NCBI GenBank assembly: GCA_963676835.2
Contig: CAXXFF010000001.1
Coordinates: 320,001 to 384,000, forward strand
Length of the DNA stretch: 64,000 nucleotides
Direction of reading: 5' to 3'
Source: Marispirochaeta sp.
Lineage (GTDB): Bacteria > Spirochaetota > Spirochaetia > JC444 > Marispirochaetaceae
This document shows positions 61,163 to 64,000 of this stretch, one piece after another. Position numbers and translations under genes: made by a program. Within the stretch, counting starts at the first letter, position 1. Each line of letters begins with the position of its first letter. The notes under the pieces are model-generated. The model was not told where the DNA came from. It worked only from the letters and a program-made list of their open reading frames with translations, and ran no database searches.

Positions 61163-61729
61163 TTATCCCACCGGTCCGAAGGCCTTAACCTTTTTAACCA
61201 TGGTTTTTATACGATCAAAATCTGCATCCGGCGGTGCAGTATCCGCAATAGACACAATCAACTTTTTCCCATCCGCCGCAGCCTGAAGAAAATCATCAAG
61301 ATATTTTTCGAAATCATATTCTGTTGTTGAATTGGGTAAAAATAAAATTGAAGGCATACCCCCATAGATGGAAATGCTGTCGCCGAATGCCTGTCTGTGT
61401 TCGTTGAATGAAACACTTGTCATTGGCGCCGGGCAAACCGAATCTGCAATATCAAAATCAGCTTTTACATACAGATCAAGAAGATTGCTGTTTTCACCGT
61501 CGGTATGGGATAAAACGTATTTTCCCTTTGCATGAATCCTGTCAGCACAATCCTTGAGAGTCGGTAAGATATGTTCCTCAAAGAATGGAAGATTCTCTAT
61601 CATGGAATCATAGTTGGAGCCGACTCGGAGAATCTCCGCGTCGGAATCAATTCCAATATCCAATGCCTGATAGAAAGAAAGCTTTATTTTATCCGCCAGT
61701 TCAAGCATTTTTTCCGGATGGTCAAACAT
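61163..61729 (-). pseudogene. C-terminal half of a UroD/MtaA-family protein
   Basis: FFEEHILP...SHTDGE...IYGG...IADTAPPDA; only 188 aa, with an in-frame TGA 13 codons upstream of the ATG. Confidence 0.65.
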
Positions 61730-61810
61730 TTCGATATGTCTGACTTGTTTCCATTCAAAATTAACTCATGCAGTATTATAAAATCAGCAACCAAAGCATG
61801 ACAAATATAT

Positions 61811-61839
61811 TTGACACAAATTAAGCACAATGTTATATT
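61811..61839 (+). promoter_or_regulatory. sigma70 promoter of hicAB
   Basis: TTGACA-N17-TATATT. Confidence 0.7.
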
Positions 61840-61885
61840 AAAAAGCGTTGAGATGCAAAAAGTAGATTATTAAAGAGGATTCAAA

Positions 61886-62071
61886 ATGCCATTGACAGGT
61901 AAGGAAATGCTTAAGCTGTATAAAAAGCATGGATGGAGGATTGTTAGGCAGAAAGGAAGCCATTATCAGCTTAAAAAAACTTTAAATGGAGTGGATAAAC
62001 TGCAGACAATTCCTGTTCATTCAGGAGATCTTAAGAAAGGACTGGAACAGCGACTGCTGAAGGAGATATAG
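61886..62071 (+). CDS. hicA: HicA toxin
   Basis: GW..RQKGSH...TIPVH..DLKKG. Confidence 0.93.
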   Translation: MPLTGKEMLKLYKKHGWRIVRQKGSHYQLKKTLNGVDKLQTIPVHSGDLKKGLEQRLLKEI

Positions 62072-62073
62072 AG

Positions 62074-62499
62074 ATGAAATATCATTTTAAGACACATAAG
62101 GAAGAAAACGGCTTTTGGGGTGAGTGCATCGAACTTGAAGGGTGTTACTCAGAAGGTGACACTGTTGAAGAGCTTAAAATAAATCTTGAAGAAGCTTTGA
62201 ACCTGTATCTCGATGAACCCGCAGGGTCATTTACAACCTTTTCTTTGCCGGATGAGACATATGAACAGGATGATGAAATAATCAGCATTCCGGTGGACCC
62301 GGAAGTAGCATTTGCCCTGCTTATCCGTCAGGAACGGATTAAACACAAAATGACACAAATAGAAGTAATGCATGCAATGGGACTAAAAAACCGCAACAGC
62401 TATGCCCGGTTGGAATCCCGGTCCAATCCCTCTCTGACATTATTAAAAAAGGTAATGAAAGTTTTTCCCGAGTTTCCCATAAAGGAATGCCTCTCCTAA
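62074..62499 (+). CDS. hicB: HicB antitoxin with C-terminal HTH
   Basis: LEGCYSEGDTVEE..NLEEAL.LY; TQ.EV..MG...SYARLE. Confidence 0.92.
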   Translation: MKYHFKTHKEENGFWGECIELEGCYSEGDTVEELKINLEEALNLYLDEPAGSFTTFSLPDETYEQDDEIISIPVDPEVAFALLIRQERIKHKMTQIEVMHAMGLKNRNSYARLESRSNPSLTLLKKVMKVFPEFPIKECLS

Positions 62500-62674
62500 A
62501 AAATTCAGTCGGGATTGCAATAGTAAAACCAGTTTATTATGCAACATACAGTTGTAAATAAAACCTTGACAACTGTATCCGTTGTTGGAGGAATGCTGGG
62601 TAGGTTTTGCACTACGTTTAATCAAATGGCGTGAGACTATATGCTTTTAACCTGTTTTGCCTGATTATAAACTC

Positions 62675-64000
62675 TCACCCATCACAGGCGTTCGCAGCAC
62701 TCTCAGGATCCAGGGCTCCGGTAGCCATCAGCGAACCTATTGCATCCACAGTGGCTTTTCCACGGTCCAGAACCCCGACAATACGTCCGCCGAATATTAC
62801 TGCAATACGGTCGGAAAGCTTCATAACTTCATCGAGGTCTTCTGAGATAAGGAGTATTGCTGTTCCCTGGTCGCGCTGTTCTATGAGAGTACGGTGGATA
62901 AATTCAGATGCACCAATATCAACACCCCGTGTCGGCTGTGCTGCTATGAGGACATCAGGCTTACGGGACAGCTCCCGCGCAAGAATCAGCTTCTGGATAT
63001 TTCCGCCGGAAAGATTCTTCAGGGGTGTATCCAGAGTCGGGGTCTTAACTGCAAAGGTCGATACCAGCCCTGCAGCATGCCGGGCCATATGCTTCATTTT
63101 CAGGAAAATCCAGTTTCTGAAAGAAGTACTGGAATGGTCCCGGAGAAATACATTTTCCAATACATTAAAATCCCCGATGGCACCGTCCCTCATACGCTCT
63201 TCGGGAATAAAGGAGAGCCCCGCATCAATACGCTGTGTCAAAGAAGTTCCGGTAATCTCTTCGGCATCAAGAAATACTGTTCCGGAACTTACCTGCCGCA
63301 TACCTGCCAGGCATTCTGCAAGTTCCCGCTGGCCGTTTCCGGAAACCCCTGCCAGACCCAGGATTTCTCCAGACTGCAGAGTCAGGTCTATCCCTTTCAG
63401 TACTTCATTACCCCGGTCACCCTGAGCATGAATATCTCTGATGGAAAGAGCTGTTTTCCCTTCCTTTGGGGCCCGTATTTCCAGCGGCTTTATTTCACGC
63501 CCCACCATCAAGCGAACAAGCTCCTCCCGGGTAACTTCCGAAGTTTTCCGGGTACCCACAGTTGCACCGTCCCGAAGTACGGTTAGACGATCGCTTACAG
63601 CAAGGACCTCATGCAGTTTATGGGAAATAAAGAGCAGGGAATGTCCCTCCTCCACCATTCGCCGCAGGGTACGGAAGAGGTCATCAACCTCTCCCGGAGT
63701 AAGAACCGCGGTCGGCTCGTCCAGAATAATAAGACTTGCTCCCATAAAGAGGGCTTTAAGAATCTCAACCCGCTGCTGCTCTCCCACCGAGAGCTGCCAG
63801 ATGTAGGCGTCCGGTTCAACATGCAGGCCGTAGTCACTGGATAAGGTGCAGATTCTCTCTTTGACCTGGTCCAGATCAAGAAGAAGCCCACGGGAAGATT
63901 TCCGTCCCAGAGCCAGGTTCTGGGCAACCGTCATGGTCGGCACCAGCATAAAATGCTGGTGTATCATTCCGATACCCGCTTTTATGGCGTCTGCGGGAGA
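62675..64000 (-). CDS. CUT2/nucleoside-type ABC ATP-binding protein (5' end outside window)
   Basis: GIGMIHQHF, LSVGEQQRVE, GVSGNGQ, LSGGNIQK, QPTRGVD. Confidence 0.95.
   Translation of the reverse strand, partial: SPADAIKAGIGMIHQHFMLVPTMTVAQNLALGRKSSRGLLLDLDQVKERICTLSSDYGLHVEPDAYIWQLSVGEQQRVEILKALFMGASLIILDEPTAVLTPGEVDDLFRTLRRMVEEGHSLLFISHKLHEVLAVSDRLTVLRDGATVGTRKTSEVTREELVRLMVGREIKPLEIRAPKEGKTALSIRDIHAQGDRGNEVLKGIDLTLQSGEILGLAGVSGNGQRELAECLAGMRQVSSGTVFLDAEEITGTSLTQRIDAGLSFIPEERMRDGAIGDFNVLENVFLRDHSSTSFRNWIFLKMKHMARHAAGLVSTFAVKTPTLDTPLKNLSGGNIQKLILARELSRKPDVLIAAQPTRGVDIGASEFIHRTLIEQRDQGTAILLISEDLDEVMKLSDRIAVIFGGRIVGVLDRGKATVDAIGSLMATGALDPESAANACDG

Overview
Spirochaetales-like chromosomal window in three parts. 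(1) 1-18.7 kb is housekeeping: a partial LptD-like gene, uvrA, ispG, a Na+-type V/A-ATPase operon (E-C-A-B-D-I-K), rsgA, murI, an ABC-2 exporter and tRNA-Gly(TCC). (2) About 18.8-42 kb, directly downstream of the tRNA, is a visibly AT-richer mosaic accessory/defence island with no recognisable integrase. It carries PD-(D/E)XK, EEP, GIY-YIG and HNH nucleases, two convergent ADP-ribosylglycohydrolases, a CBS-HEPN-like protein, an SF1 helicase, RhuM-Fic, and Dcm+Vsr facing a MORC-ATPase/DUF4420/Z1 module. (3) 45.7-61 kb is a LacI-regulated glycoside uptake/catabolism cluster (ABC, GH31, GlpA-like/Nox/DUF1667, UroD-like), followed by HicAB and a partial ABC ATPase. The most notable observation is an apparently intact SAM-II riboswitch (25393-25447), with its own sigma70 promoter and an anti-SD pairing. 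It sits in front of an ADP-ribosylglycohydrolase inside the island rather than a methionine/SAM gene. All family calls come from reading motifs by eye; no database search was run.
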